Source of the DNA: Emiliania huxleyi CCMP1516
Taxonomy: Eukaryota
DNA length: 59,011 nucleotides
Assembly: GCF_000372725.1 (NCBI RefSeq)
Contig: NW_005201286.1
Coordinates: 186,001 to 245,011 of the forward strand
Direction of reading: 5' to 3'
The position numbers were made by a program, and so were the translations under genes. The notes beneath the pieces were generated by a model. The model ran no database searches. It saw nothing but the letters and a program-made list of their open reading frames with translations, and was not told the origin of the DNA. Position 1 is the first letter of the stretch, and each line of letters begins with the position of its first letter. Positions 24,415 to 35,978 of this stretch are shown here, piece after piece.

Positions 24415-25981
24415 TCACAACACGCACGTGACGCCCTTCGCCGCGCACGCCGCCCCGAGCGCGACGGCCGCCGCCTCGCTCGCCGCGTGACGCCGCAGGG
24501 AGAGCCGCGCGAGGCTCGCCGGGGCGTCGTCCGCCGCGACCGCCGCCGCCAGCGCCTCGACGCCTCGGTCGCCCACCCCATTCTCGTCGAGGTGCAGCTC
24601 GCGGAGGGAGGTCGCGCGCGGGAGCGCCGCCGCCAGCGCGGCGGCGCCCTCGTCGCCCACGCCGTTCCAGTTGAGCGAGAGCTTCTCGCACGGCGCCAGC
24701 GCGCCGGCCGCCATCAGTGACGCGATGGCCGCCGCCTCGGCGCCGCCCCAGCCGAGGTCGACGAACTCGAGCACCGCCTGAAGCAATCGTGCCACGCTCT
24801 CGCGCTGATGGCTGGGGCCGCGGCGGGTGGGTGAAGAGATGGGAGGCTGCAGGCAGGCGGGAGAGGCATCGAGACAGGGCAGCAGTGGGAGGCATGCACA
24901 CTGGAAAGGCGTACACAGGAGTGAGAGGAGGAGGAGGCGGTGGGGCGGATGCAGCAGTGAGAGGCGCGCGCCGCGGCGGCGAAGCGCTCGGCGAAGCCGG
25001 CGCGGTAGAGGTCCGCGACCAGCGGGCGGTCGCACTTTCCGTTGGTGAAGCCCTTCGACTCGAGGGCGGCGGCGAACTCGTCCGGCGGCAACGGCGCGCG
25101 GCGGCGCTGCCGGCACTGCGCCTGCAGCTCGGCCCACCTGCGATTCACCGCGCCGTCGCGCTTAGAGCCGGCTGTCACAGGTCTGTGGCGTCGGTTAAGC
25201 TCTTATGAGCGGGTGACAGGTGGAGAGCCGCAGGAGGGGAGCTAGCTTCCACGAGCTGGGCTCGCCGGCTCTTCTCGCCCGTGTCGAGGCCGAGGTCGAG
25301 CAGCTTGCGCGAGTCTTTGACGAGCGCCGCCCAGGAGGCCTCGCAGAAGCACCAGCCGCGGTCGGGGTACGGCGCGGTGTTGCCCGACCGCCTGTACCGC
25401 GCGGGGTCGTCATAGTCGGGCGGGAAGGCGGTCAGCATAAAGACAAACGTCTCCGGGTGCGAGTAGAAGGCGCCGAGGCTGCCCAGCGCACGCTTGAAGA
25501 GCACGTCCTCCGCCGGGTAGCGGCCGCCCTCGTCGGTGTGAGTGCGCGGCTGCGGCGCGCCTCCGGCGCCGCGGCAGCGTTGGTGGATGCACATAAAGTC
25601 AATGAAGACTGCGAACCGGCCAAAGGACTTGACAAGCAGCTTGAGTGCGCGGCCAACCGCGCGGAGGTTGTGGCCGCGAGGGTCCGGGTGGTCGGGCTGG
25701 AGCCAGCAGTGCGAGCAGCAGGCGATGCGGAGGAAGGGGAACGGGTTCTGCGCCGCTTTGAGCTCCGAGAGGGAGACAAACGCAGCGTCGGGCAGCGCCT
25801 GGCGCGGCAGCATTACGCCGTCGGGTCGCTCGGACTGCTCGATGAGGTAGCTTGCGTCGATGAGCGCCACGGCGCCAGAGGAGAGCACGCTCTCGAAGTC
25901 GGAGCCGCCGCGCGCGAGCCAGAGCTGAGCGGCCTCGTCGGTGACAGCGACACTGGTGGTAGCGGGCATGTGCGGTTGCAT
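24415..25981 (-). CDS. HET-like domain + ribonuclease-inhibitor-type LRR protein (probably 3 exons)
   Basis: SHCW..PDHPDP, VFIDFMCIHQ and RGWCFCE motifs. C-terminal LSLNWNGVGDEGAAALA / LRELHLDENGVGDRGVEALA. Inferred introns ~25138-25265 and ~24778-24971. Confidence 0.72.
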
Positions 25982-26368
25982 ATCTTGGCCGCTGTGCGCG
26001 TCGATGAGACGCGACGTGAGGCAGGGAGACCGACGATCCGAGCAGTTTGCGGTGGCTTGGGGGCCTATGCTCCTTGACGTCGGGCCCCCCCCCGGGCGCC
26101 TTTGGCGAGGCGCGGCCGAGTCGCGGCCCCAGGGTGGGCAGTGAAAAGAATTTTACAATCCTCGCACAACCACAACGCTGACCTCTCAACGCTGCCTGGG
26201 CAGCCTCCCTTGGGTTGTCTGTTTTCTTTCTTTCTTTTTTTTCACTGGGCAGCGGCGCCGGACTCAAAAGACACCGCTACATTCCTGAGACGCGCGAGGG
26301 CAGCCTCCTTATATGGACCCGCATTATCGAACGAACAGTTGTCGGATCTTTGTTTTCTTTTCCTCGCG

Positions 26369-27823
26369 ATGTCCACCCCGCCGCGCCGCCGCTCGCGCTG
26401 CCTCCTCGCCTCCTCCTCCGCCGCCGCTCCCCCGCCAGAGACGCCGCCGCCCGCCCGCCTCCTCGACCTCCCCAGGGAGCTCCTCGTGCGCGCCCTCTCC
26501 CGCTGCGACCCCGCCATCATCGCTCGCGTCGCGGCCGTCTCGCTGCTCTTCCACGCCTCGCTCGCCGTAGAGGCCATCCGCTTATGGGCGCAAGAGCGCG
26601 GCTTCGAGCTGCCGGCGCAGCCAGAGGGCGAGAGCTGCGCCGTGCGGTGGCTGTGCTTCGCTGCGCTGCTGCGCGAGGCCAACCCGCCGGTGAGGCTTGC
26701 GGCGGGCGCACAGCACAGCGTCTTCATCGACGGCGAGGGGCGGCTCTCGTCGTGTGGAACGGCTGAGAGCTGGCAGCCAGGACTGCTCGGCCACGGCGAG
26801 GGCGTGACACAGCTCAACACGCCGACGCGCCTCCCGTCGACTCTGGGCGGTGAGCGCGCCGTGAGTGTGACGTCTGGACTCGTGCACAGCCTCGCCCTCA
26901 CCGGCGGCGGCGCCGTTTGGAGCTGGGGCAGTGGAGCCTCTGGCCGCTTGGGCCACGGCGACGAGCAACACCAGCTGCTGCCCAAGAAGGTCGAGGCCTT
27001 TGCTGGCCAGCGTGTCATCGCTGTCTCAGCTGGGCTGCACCACAGCCTCGCTGCCACCGCCAACGGCAGCCTCTGGAGTTGGGGCCAGGGAGGCGTTGGC
27101 CAGCTGGGCCACGGCGACAAGGAGGACCAGCTGCTGCCCAAGAAGGTCGAGGCCTTTGCTGGCCAGCTCGTCGTCGCTGTGTCGGCTGAAACCGCGCACA
27201 GCTTCGCAATCACCGCCGACGGAGCTGTCTGGAGCTGGGGTTGGGGACGCGAAGGCCAGCTCGGCCACGGCGACGAGCAGGACCAGCTGCTGCCGAAGAA
27301 GATCGAGGCCTTTGCTGGCCAGCGCGTCGTCGCTGTGTCGGCTGGGCGCGTCGTCGCTGTGTCGGCTGGAGGCCACTACAGCCTCGCCCTCACCGCCAAC
27401 GGCAGCGTCTGGAGCTGGGGCCAGGGAGCCTTTGGCAAGCTGGGCCACGGCGAGGAGCAGCGCCAGCTGCTGCCCAAGAAGGTCGAGGCCTTTGTCGGCC
27501 ACCGCGTCGTCGCTGTGTCGGCTGGAGGCCACTACAGCCTCGCCCTCACCGCCGACGGTGCCGTCTGGAGCTGGGGCTATGGAGGCGTTGGCCAGCTGGG
27601 CCACGGCGACGAGCAGAACCAGCTGCAGCCGAAGAAGGTTGAGGCCTTCACCGGCCAGCGCGTCGTCGCTGTGTCGGCTGGAGTGGGCCACAGCCTCGCC
27701 ATCACCGCCGACGGAGCCCTCTGGAGCTGCGGCGCTGGCGAGACCGGCTGCCTAGGGCACGGAGAGGACCTGTCGAAGCAGCTGCTGCCCAAGAAGATCG
27801 AGGAGTCGGGTCTGGGGCGGTGA
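26369..27823 (+). CDS. F-box-like + RCC1-repeat protein (paralog B)
   Basis: N-terminus and early 3'UTR nearly identical to paralog A; RCC1 repeats. Confidence 0.92.
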   Translation: MSTPPRRRSRCLLASSSAAAPPPETPPPARLLDLPRELLVRALSRCDPAIIARVAAVSLLFHASLAVEAIRLWAQERGFELPAQPEGESCAVRWLCFAALLREANPPVRLAAGAQHSVFIDGEGRLSSCGTAESWQPGLLGHGEGVTQLNTPTRLPSTLGGERAVSVTSGLVHSLALTGGGAVWSWGSGASGRLGHGDEQHQLLPKKVEAFAGQRVIAVSAGLHHSLAATANGSLWSWGQGGVGQLGHGDKEDQLLPKKVEAFAGQLVVAVSAETAHSFAITADGAVWSWGWGREGQLGHGDEQDQLLPKKIEAFAGQRVVAVSAGRVVAVSAGGHYSLALTANGSVWSWGQGAFGKLGHGEEQRQLLPKKVEAFVGHRVVAVSAGGHYSLALTADGAVWSWGYGGVGQLGHGDEQNQLQPKKVEAFTGQRVVAVSAGVGHSLAITADGALWSCGAGETGCLGHGEDLSKQLLPKKIEESGLGR

Positions 27824-28371
27824 GCGATGGGGGGCGGAAGCCGGAACGGAGCGGGTCCTCAATGAGCCTGTGAGTATGTGAGCATTGTGTCCGTGCACAC
27901 AGCTCCTCTGTACCCACTCGTGACGTGTGCAGGCGCTCCGAGACGCGCGGGCCGCGGCAGCACCTGGCGGAGCCGGAGGACGGCCGTCGTTGCGCTTCCG
28001 GGTGTGTGCCGCGTGTCGGTGGACGGACTGGACGGTGCTGGCATGACGGGTGCGCGGCGCGGGCGGATGACTAGGGGAGAGAATGCGGAGAGACTAGCTC
28101 GCAGGTAGATGTGCTCAGCCAAGGGTACGCAGGGATATGAGGGGAATGTGTCAGTGTGAGGGGTGCACCAACCGCAGAGCGTCGTGTTTTGCCTTTGAAA
28201 ACTGAACAGTTTTTTGACAGATGGCAGAGCCGGATGACAAGAAATAAAAACACAAAACCGAACAGAGCCGAAAGCGACACCCCAGCGCGCCAGGACGCCG
28301 AGGCGCGAGAGCCCTCGGGGCGGCTCGAGGCGGGAGAGCGCAGCGCTGCGCTCACCCCGACACTCGCGCGC

Positions 28372-30850
28372 TCAGTCCACCTCCTCCATCTTGGAGCCCT
28401 CGTCGCCGTCCTCCTCGAGGGGCGGCAGCTCCTCGACGTCGTCCGCCTCGTCGTCGTCCTCGATGGAGAGGCCGAGCTTGATCATGCGGTGGATGCGGCC
28501 GGCGAAGGTGGCGGGCTCGTCGAGCGAGAAGCCCGAGGTGAGGAGGGACGTCTCGAAGAGCAGGTGGACCAGGTCCTTGACCGTCTTGTCGCCCTTGTCG
28601 GCGGCCGACTTTGCCTTGAGCTCCTTCATGATCGAGTGCTTCGGGTTGATCTCCATCGTCTTCTTGGAGGCCATGTACGAGGACATCGACGAGTCGCGCA
28701 GTGCCTGCGCGCGCATGATGCGCTCCATGTTCGCGGTCCAGCCGTACTCGCCCGTCACCAGCACGCAGGGCGACTCGGTGACGCGCTCCGACATGACAAC
28801 CTTCTCAACCTTGTCGCCGAGGATCTCCTTCATCAGCTTGCAGAGCGGCTCGAAGTCGGCGGTGAGCTCCTCCCACGCCTTCTTCTCCTCCTCGGTCTCC
28901 TCGAACTTGAGGCCCTCCTTGGTCACCGAGACGAGCTTCTTGCCGTCGTACTCCTTGAGCTGCTGCACGCAGTACTCGTCGATCGGGTCCGTCATGTAGA
29001 GCACCTCGTAGTTGCGCTTCTTGCAGCGCTCGATGAAGGGCGACGTCTCGACCGCCTTCTTGGTCTCGCCCGTGATGTAGTAGACATCCTTCTGCGACTC
29101 GGGCATGCGCGAGACGTAGTCCTTGAGCGAGGTCATCTCGTCGCCCGACTTGGTCGAGTGGTACATGAGCAGCTCGGCGAGCTTGGCGCGGTTGCCAGAG
29201 TCCTCGTGGATGCCGAGCTTGACGTTCTTGGAGAACTGCTCGTAAAACTTCTTGAAGTCCTCGGTGTTCTCCTGGATCTCGCCGAAGAGCTCGATCGCCT
29301 TCTTGACGATGTTCTTCTTGATGACCTGCGCGGCGCGGCGGGGGGGAAGGGGGTCGGAGGGAAGAGAGTGGGCGGGCGCGGCTCGGGGGGCGCGCTGGCG
29401 GCGCGCCTTGAGGATCTTGTTCTGCTGCAGCGTCTCGCGCGAGATGTTGAGGGGCAGGTCCTCCGAGTCGACGACGCCCTTGACAAAGGTGAGCCACTCG
29501 GGGATCAGGTCCTCGCAGTTGTCCATGATGAAGACGCGGCGGACGTAGAGCTTGATGTGGCCCGAGTTCTTCTTCTTGGGCTCAAAGAGGTCGAAGGGCG
29601 CGCGCTTGGGCACGAAGAGGATCGAGGTGAACTCGAGCTGGCCCTCGACGGAGAAGTGCTTGACGGCGAGGTGCTCCTCCCAGTCGTTGGAGAGCGCCTT
29701 GTAGAAGGCGCCGTACTCCTCCTTGGTCACCTCCTCGGGCTTGCGCGTCCAGATGGGCTTCTGCTTGTTCATCAGGTCCCACTCGTGCGTCACCTCCTTG
29801 ACCTTCTTCTTCTTCTTCTCCTTCTTCTCCGCCTCCTCGTCGACCTCCTCGATCTTGGGCTCGTCGCCGTCCTCCTCCTTCTTCTCGTCCTCCTCCTCGT
29901 CCTCGTCGTCGTCCACCTCCTTGTCCACCGTCTTCTCGGTCCAGAGCGAGATCGGGTAGTTGATGAACTCGGAGTGCTTCTTGACCAGGTCCTTGAGGCG
30001 GCGCTCCTCGAGGTACTCGAGCTGGTCCTCCTTGAGGTAGCACATGATCTTGGTGCCGCGCCCGAGCGCCTCGCCGTCCGCGTCCTTGCGCACCGTGAAG
30101 GAGCCGCCCGCCGCCGACTCCCAGACGTGCTGCTCGTCGTCGTTGTGCTTTGACGTCACGACGACGCGGTCGGCGACGAGGTACGACGAGTAGAAGCCGA
30201 CGCCGAACTGGCCAATCATGTTGATGTCGGCGCCCGCCGACATCGCCTCCATGAAGGCCTTGGTGCCCGACTGCGCGATGGTGCCCAGGTTGGTGATCAT
30301 CTCGGCCTTGGTCATGCCGACGCCAGAGTCGATGATTGTGAGCGAGTTGTTGGACTTGTCGGGCACGAGGCGGATGTAGAGCTCGGGGTTGCCATCGAGG
30401 ACCGACTTGTCGGTGAGCGACTGCGGAGGGGGAAGGGGGGGCGGGGGCGTGAGCGGTGTGAGCGGCGCGGCAAAAGTGCCCGGGGATAAGGATTCCCCGG
30501 GATTCCCCGCGCCGTGCGCGCGCGGCGTGTTTGTTTGGGGGAGGGCGGCGGAGGGCGGCAGCTGCGCCGCCGCGCCGCCGGCGGACGGCAATGCGGCGGC
30601 GCCGCGCGGCGGACGGCGAGCGGCGGCGCCGCGCGGCGGGCAAGACGCCGCCCCGGCAGATGGGGCGTGCGCGGCGCGCGTGTGTGCGAGCAGTCGAGCA
30701 CGCCTGGTGACGGATCTTGTCGAGCGCGTCGGACGAGTTGGAGATGAGCTCGCGGAGGAAGATCTCCTTGTTTGAGTAGAAGGTGTTGATGATGAGACTC
30801 ATCAGCTGGTTGATCTCAGCCTGGAAGGCAAACGTCTCGACCTCCGCCAT
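28372..30850 (-). CDS. HSP90: Cytosolic heat shock protein 90; exons 30850-30704, 30420-29407, 29325-28372
   Basis: [44 protein letters not shown] and C-terminal MEEVD; two GC-AG introns. Confidence 0.98.
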
Positions 30851-31252
30851 GGCGACTGGTTGTTCTGCGGCGCGGGGAGGAGCGGGGAGGTGGGTCGCCG
30901 GGCGAGTCGGCGGAGGGCGGTGCGGGTGTGGCGGAGGAGAGGCGGCGAGGCGGGGCGAGGCCGGGCCGGGGCGGGGCGGGCGAGCGGGCGAGCTCTGTGC
31001 ACTTGTGGATGTGCCGCGTAGACTCGTCTAGAAGCAAGCGGCCGTTTTTTTATTTGGCGGGGGACAAATCTCTTCACCCGCACGCTGCACGGGCCACGGC
31101 GAGGCTGCTGCGCGGTGTGGCAGTGCGGGTGGCGTACGGTTAGAATATGTCTCAGGGACCAGTCTAATGGACCGTTCCGCTGCGGTTCTGTGGTCCATAG
31201 GGTCTGGTAGTCTGCATACTCTTCGTAGGACTTAGCATACGCGCGGCGAGCC

Positions 31253-31330
31253 GGCGACGTCTACGACGGCGAGTGGAAGGCGGGTGAGAGGGAGGGGCGA
31301 GGCGTCGAGCAGCTCGCAAACGGCGACGTT
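31253..31330 (+). pseudogene. Isolated MORN-repeat fragment
   Basis: Translates GDVYDGEWKAGEREGRGVEQLANGDV with no surrounding ORF. Confidence 0.55.
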
Positions 31331-31508
31331 TGCATACTCGTCTCGAGGCATGAGCTTAAAGTTGAAAATTTAATAAAATCGGCCCCGGCCGGCCTACCAG
31401 CAGCTCTGCGCCTCCTGCCATGCCCCGATGCCGCATGCGCTCCTGCCATGCGCACGCCCTGCCCTGCGCTGGTCGTGGAGACCGGCTCGCTGCTGAGGCT
31501 GGCCTAAG

Positions 31509-34500
31509 CTACGAGCCGCCAGTGCCACGCCCCTCGCCCCGAGGCCTCCCCCGCCCACCCCTCCCGCCCCGCCCACCCCGCCTGCGCCCGCCTCGCCCAC
31601 CGACCACCGCCATGCCACCCGCGGGCTGTGTGGGCGGCGCGGGGCGCGTGGGGGGCTGGTAGACAAAGGTCGCCTGCGCCGCCACGTGCGCTCCGCAGTT
31701 GGCGATCGGCAGCGCCGGCTGGCGGCAGGCCGGGCAGTTGGTGTCGCGCTCCAGCACGCGCGGCGCACACGTCTCGCAGTACAGCGCGTGGCCGCACGCG
31801 AAGCGAACAGACCGCGGCGCCGACCAGCAGAGGTCGCACAGCCGCGCCTCCCCGTCCGCCTCGGCCGTCACCACCCCTGCGAGGCTCTGCGACGGCGATG
31901 CCGCCACCTCCTCCCCCGCCGCCTCGACTAGCGCCTCCAGCCGCGGCAGCGCCTCTGCGAGCGGCATCCGCTTCCTCTTCCGCTCGTACGCCAGCCGGAC
32001 CACGAGCCGCGCCACCTCCTCGGCCTGCGCCGCCGACCAGCCCGCGTCGGCCGCTGCGATGGCCTCCGCCGTGTCGGGCTCCTCCAGCGCTTCGTCGCAC
32101 GCATTGAGCAAGCCAAGAGCGCCGCGGCCGGTCAGGCTGACGAGCAGCGTGATGCCGAGCGCGAAACCGTCGGTCAGCTGCGAAGCCTGACCGTCGTTGA
32201 GGATGATCGGGTCCATGTAGCCGGGCTTGCCAAAGATACGCTGCGTCGACAGGTGCGAGACCTGTCCATTGCCGCCGGCCGTCGCCTCTGCCGCGCGCGC
32301 GAGGCCCACGTCGGCGAGGTAGCCGTTGCCGCGCTCGTCGAGCAGGATGTTGCCCGCCGAGACGTCGCGGTGCAGGATCATCGGCGAGCAGCTGTGCAAA
32401 TAGTGCAACGCTCTCGCAGCGTCGCGCAACACGCGGAGCCGTGCGGCGGAGGAGAGCGGCGGAGGCGCCGTCTCGAAGCCGAGCATGCCGAGCCGCTGCA
32501 GCGCGGCTGGCGTGCGGTAGAGGCGGTCCTCGAGGCTGCCGCCGCGGCAGAGGGGGTAGACGAGGCACGCTCTCGCCGGCGCCAGGCAAGCGCCGAGCAG
32601 AGGGAGCAAGGACGGGTGGCACGCCGCGCTGAGCGTGCGCACCTCGCTCTGCAGCTCGGCGAGGCCTTGGGCGCCGACACCGACCAGCGCCGTCTTGACG
32701 GCGAACCCGCAAGCGACGCGCGGAAGCGACGGCAGCGCGTCGGCGCGGTAGACGCGCCCGAAGCCTCCCTCGCCCACCTTGCGCGCCTCGGCAAAGCGGT
32801 CCGTCGCCATGATTAGCTCGTCGAGAGGGACGGCGGCGGGCGGCGCGGCGGCGGCGGCGAGGGCGGCGACACTGGCAGGAGCCGCCGCCTCTGCTGCCTC
32901 CGCCGCCGCCGCTGCCTCCGCTGCCGCCTCCGCTGCCGCCGCCTCTTGAGCCTCCGCCGCCGCCACGGCCGCCACTGCCGCCTCCATAGCCGCCGCCTCC
33001 GCCGCTACCTCCACCGCCTCCGCCTCCGCCTCCGCCCTCTGCCTCGCCTCCTCCCCCTCCCTTGCCGCCTCCTCCCTTGCCCTCGCCTCTGCCTCCTCCC
33101 TTGCGCGCGACGCCGCCTCCGCCTCCTCCGCCGCCCGCGCCGCCGCATCCTCTGCTACCAACCGATCCGCTTCCTCCGCCACTCGCGCCTCCTCCGCCGC
33201 CCGCGCCTCCTCCGCCTGCTCCGCCGCCCGCTCCGCCGCCCGCGCTGCCGCCGCCGCCGCCTTCTCCTCCTTCTGCCGCTGCCGCTTTAGCGCCCTGGCC
33301 TCGCGGACCTTTCGCTCCGCCAACTCGTCGCGCAGCCGCCACGCCGCCCGCAACGCCTCCGAGCCGTCGGCGGCCTGGGTGGTGTTCGCGTTGATCGCCG
33401 CCCTGAGCGCCTCGAGATCGGCGTCGCCTCGCTCGCACGCCTCAACCGCCTCGCGCAGCGCAGCCTCGGCAGCATCGCGCGCCTCCGCCGCCTCCGCTGC
33501 CGCTGCCGCATCGCGTGCGGCCGCCGCGGCCTGTTCGGCTGATTCTGCGACCGCCCTCTCCCCCCTCGCCTCTGCTGCGGTCGACGAGTGCTCCTCGAAG
33601 GCGCGCACGCACTCGGCGTGGCCCTCTTCCTTGGCCCATTGAAGCGCCGTCTCGCCGCTCGCACTGCGCGCCGCAGTGTCAGCGCCCGCCCGCAGCAAGC
33701 GCCGCACGACGGCGGGGCGGTTCAAGAGGGCAGCGGCTATCAGCGCGGTGACGCCCTTGCTGTTCTGCAGGTTGATCTCAGCGCCGTGCCGTATCAGCAA
33801 ATTGACCACCTGCTCGCGGCCTTCCTGGGCGGCGTACATCAGCGCGGTGTTGCCCTTACTGTTCTGCAAATTGATCTCCGCGCCGTGCTGCAGCAGCAGC
33901 TCGACCACCCGCTCGTGACCTTCCTGGGCGGCGCCCATCAGCGCGGTGTAGCCGTTGCTGTTCTGCACGTTGATCTCCGCGCCGTACCGCAGCAGCAACT
34001 CGACCACCTGCTCGTGGCCGTACACGGCGGCGCCCATCAGCAGCGTGATGCCGCTCACCTTGCCTCTCTTGTACGTCGCGTTGGCCCGCCCGCCGCCCTC
34101 GAGCCACGCCAGCACCGCCTCCTCCTCGCCACGCTCAGCCGCCACGATGACCTCATCGGGGGCTGCCACGCCACCCCTCGACACCGCTGGCGACAGATTA
34201 CCCGGCCGCACCCGCACGCTCTCGCCGCCGCCCTCGAGCGCCACCGCGTACCGCCCGCCCTCGAAGCTCCGAGCCACGCCCCGCTGCCCGTTTAGCTCGG
34301 GGCGGGCCGAGAGCCCGCCGAGCACGACTCGCTGTCGGAGCAGCGGCGCGTCCACAGCTGCCGCTGCCGCGCCCGAGGAAGCGCCGCCCGCACCTGCTCG
34401 GCCCTCCGCCACCGCCTCGGCCTCAGCCAAGATCTTGACGCACTCGGCGTGGCCCTCCTCCTTGGCCAGCTGCAGCGCCGTCATGCCGCTCGCACTGCGC

Positions 34501-35807
34501 GCCGCAGCATCTGCGCCCGCCCGCAGCAAGCGCCGCACGACGGCGGGGTGGTTGAAGAGGGCGGCAAACATCAGCGCGGTGCAGCCGTTGCTGTCCTGCA
34601 GGTCGATCTCCGCGCCGTACCGCAGCAACATCTCGATCACCCGCTCGTGGCCGTGGCTGGCGGCGTACATCAGTGCGGTGCCGCCGTCGCTGCTCTGCTG
34701 GTTGATCTCCGCGCCGTGCCGCAGCAACATCTCGACCACCCGCTCGTGGCCGTTGCCGGCGGCGCCCATCAGCTCGGTGAAGCCGTCGCTCCTCTGCAGG
34801 CCGATCTCCGCGCCGTACCGCAGCAGCAAGTCGACCACCCGCTCGTGGCCGTGGTAGGCGGCGCCCATCAGCAGCGTGAGGCCACTCACCTCGCCTCTCT
34901 CGTACGTCGCGTCGGCCCGCCCACCGCCGTCAAGCCACTCCAGCACCGCCTGCTCGTCGCCTCGCCCAACCGCTGCCACGACCTCGTCGGAGATTGCCAC
35001 GACAAGAGAAGCGCCGCCTGCGCCTGCGCCGCCGGCTGCCGCCGCCGTGGGCCGCCCCGCCACCACCTCCTGGACGTGCTTCTTGAAGGCCTCGACGCAC
35101 TCGGTGTTGCCCTTCTCCTTGGCCCACTGCAGCGCCGTCCTGCCGCTCACACTGCGCGCCGCATCTGCGCCCGCCCGCAGCAAGCGCCGCACGGCGGCGG
35201 GGCGGTTCGATAGAGCGGCGTTCATCAGCGCGGTGATGCCGTCGCTGTCCCGCATGTTGACATCCGCGCCGTGCTGGATCAGCAAGTCGACCACCTGCTC
35301 GTTACCTTGGTTGGCGGCGTATATCAGTGCGGTGCCGCCGTCGCTGCTCTGCTGGTTGATCTCCGCGCCGTGCCGCAGCAACATCTCGACCACCCGCTCG
35401 TGGCCGTTGGCGGCGGCGCCCATCAGCAGCGTGAGGCCACTCGCCTCGCCTATGTCGTACGTAACGTCGACCCGCCCGCCTCCGTCAAGCCACGCCAGCA
35501 CCGCCTCCTCCTCGCCTTGATGAGCCGCTAGCATCGCTCGCTCAGCAGCTCTCACGACCGCATCGGGGGCTGCCACGACACCGCTCGACGCCCGCTCCGC
35601 CGCTGCCGTCGGCGACAGATTACCCGGCCGCACCCGCACGCTCTCGCCGCCGCCCTCGAGCGCCACCGCGTACCGCCCGCCCTCGAAGCTCCGCGCCACG
35701 CCCCGCTGCCCGTTCAGCTCGGGGCGGGAGGAGAGCCCGCCGAGCACGACTCGCTGGCCAAGCAGCGGCGCGGGTTCGCTCGACTCGCGTGCACTTGCCA
35801 TCGCCAC
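31509..35807 (-). CDS. Ankyrin-repeat / coiled-coil / Pelle-IRAK-like kinase / RING protein with RGG tail
   Basis: Three ANK blocks and two RVVLGGLSxRPELNGQRG modules. Kinase motifs VGEGGFGRVYR, AVK, HRDVSAGNILLD, DVGLA and GKPGYMDP. RING CDLC...CGH..YCETC...CPAC. Confidence 0.9.
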   Translation of the reverse strand: MAMASARESSEPAPLLGQRVVLGGLSSRPELNGQRGVARSFEGGRYAVALEGGGESVRVRPGNLSPTAAAERASSGVVAAPDAVVRAAERAMLAAHQGEEEAVLAWLDGGGRVDVTYDIGEASGLTLLMGAAANGHERVVEMLLRHGAEINQQSSDGGTALIYAANQGNEQVVDLLIQHGADVNMRDSDGITALMNAALSNRPAAVRRLLRAGADAARSVSGRTALQWAKEKGNTECVEAFKKHVQEVVAGRPTAAAAGGAGAGGASLVVAISDEVVAAVGRGDEQAVLEWLDGGGRADATYERGEVSGLTLLMGAAYHGHERVVDLLLRYGAEIGLQRSDGFTELMGAAGNGHERVVEMLLRHGAEINQQSSDGGTALMYAASHGHERVIEMLLRYGAEIDLQDSNGCTALMFAALFNHPAVVRRLLRAGADAAARSASGMTALQLAKEEGHAECVKILAEAEAVAEGRAGAGGASSGAAAAAVDAPLLRQRVVLGGLSARPELNGQRGVARSFEGGRYAVALEGGGESVRVRPGNLSPAVSRGGVAAPDEVIVAAERGEEEAVLAWLEGGGRANATYKRGKVSGITLLMGAAVYGHEQVVELLLRYGAEINVQNSNGYTALMGAAQEGHERVVELLLQHGAEINLQNSKGNTALMYAAQEGREQVVNLLIRHGAEINLQNSKGVTALIAAALLNRPAVVRRLLRAGADTAARSASGETALQWAKEEGHAECVRAFEEHSSTAAEARGERAVAESAEQAAAAARDAAAAAEAAEARDAAEAALREAVEACERGDADLEALRAAINANTTQAADGSEALRAAWRLRDELAERKVREARALKRQRQKEEKAAAAAARAAERAAEQAEEARAAEEARVAEEADRLVAEDAAARAAEEAEAASRAREEAEARAREEAAREGEEARQRAEAEAEAVEVAAEAAAMEAAVAAVAAAEAQEAAAAEAAAEAAAAAEAAEAAAPASVAALAAAAAPPAAVPLDELIMATDRFAEARKVGEGGFGRVYRADALPSLPRVACGFAVKTALVGVGAQGLAELQSEVRTLSAACHPSLLPLLGACLAPARACLVYPLCRGGSLEDRLYRTPAALQRLGMLGFETAPPPLSSAARLRVLRDAARALHYLHSCSPMILHRDVSAGNILLDERGNGYLADVGLARAAEATAGGNGQVSHLSTQRIFGKPGYMDPIILNDGQASQLTDGFALGITLLVSLTGRGALGLLNACDEALEEPDTAEAIAAADAGWSAAQAEEVARLVVRLAYERKRKRMPLAEALPRLEALVEAAGEEVAASPSQSLAGVVTAEADGEARLCDLCWSAPRSVRFACGHALYCETCAPRVLERDTNCPACRQPALPIANCGAHVAAQATFVYQPPTRPAPPTQPAGGMAVVGGRGGRRRGGRGGRGGRGRPRGEGRGTGGS

Positions 35808-35978
35808 GCGGAGCCGGTTCTGCGCGGGAGCTGTTGGCGGAAAAAAATTTTTTTTCGGGCGGCGCGGGAGCTGATCCGCACGGTGGAGGAGGCGGGGAAG
35901 GTGCTGGAATGGGACTGGGGGAGTGAGCGGCTCGCGGTTGCCGAGTCGTGCCTGCCGCAGTCCCTTTGATGGGAGGCC

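Noticed and set aside
28156..30153. 665-aa plus-strand ORF
   Set aside because: Antisense shadow of GC-biased HSP90 codons.
31015..31060. Heat-shock element and TATA box upstream of HSP90
   Set aside because: Only a partial TTCnnGA match and an A/T run; too weak to call.
31155..31215. Hairpin as an ncRNA gene
   Set aside because: Imperfect stem with no recognisable RNA family motifs.
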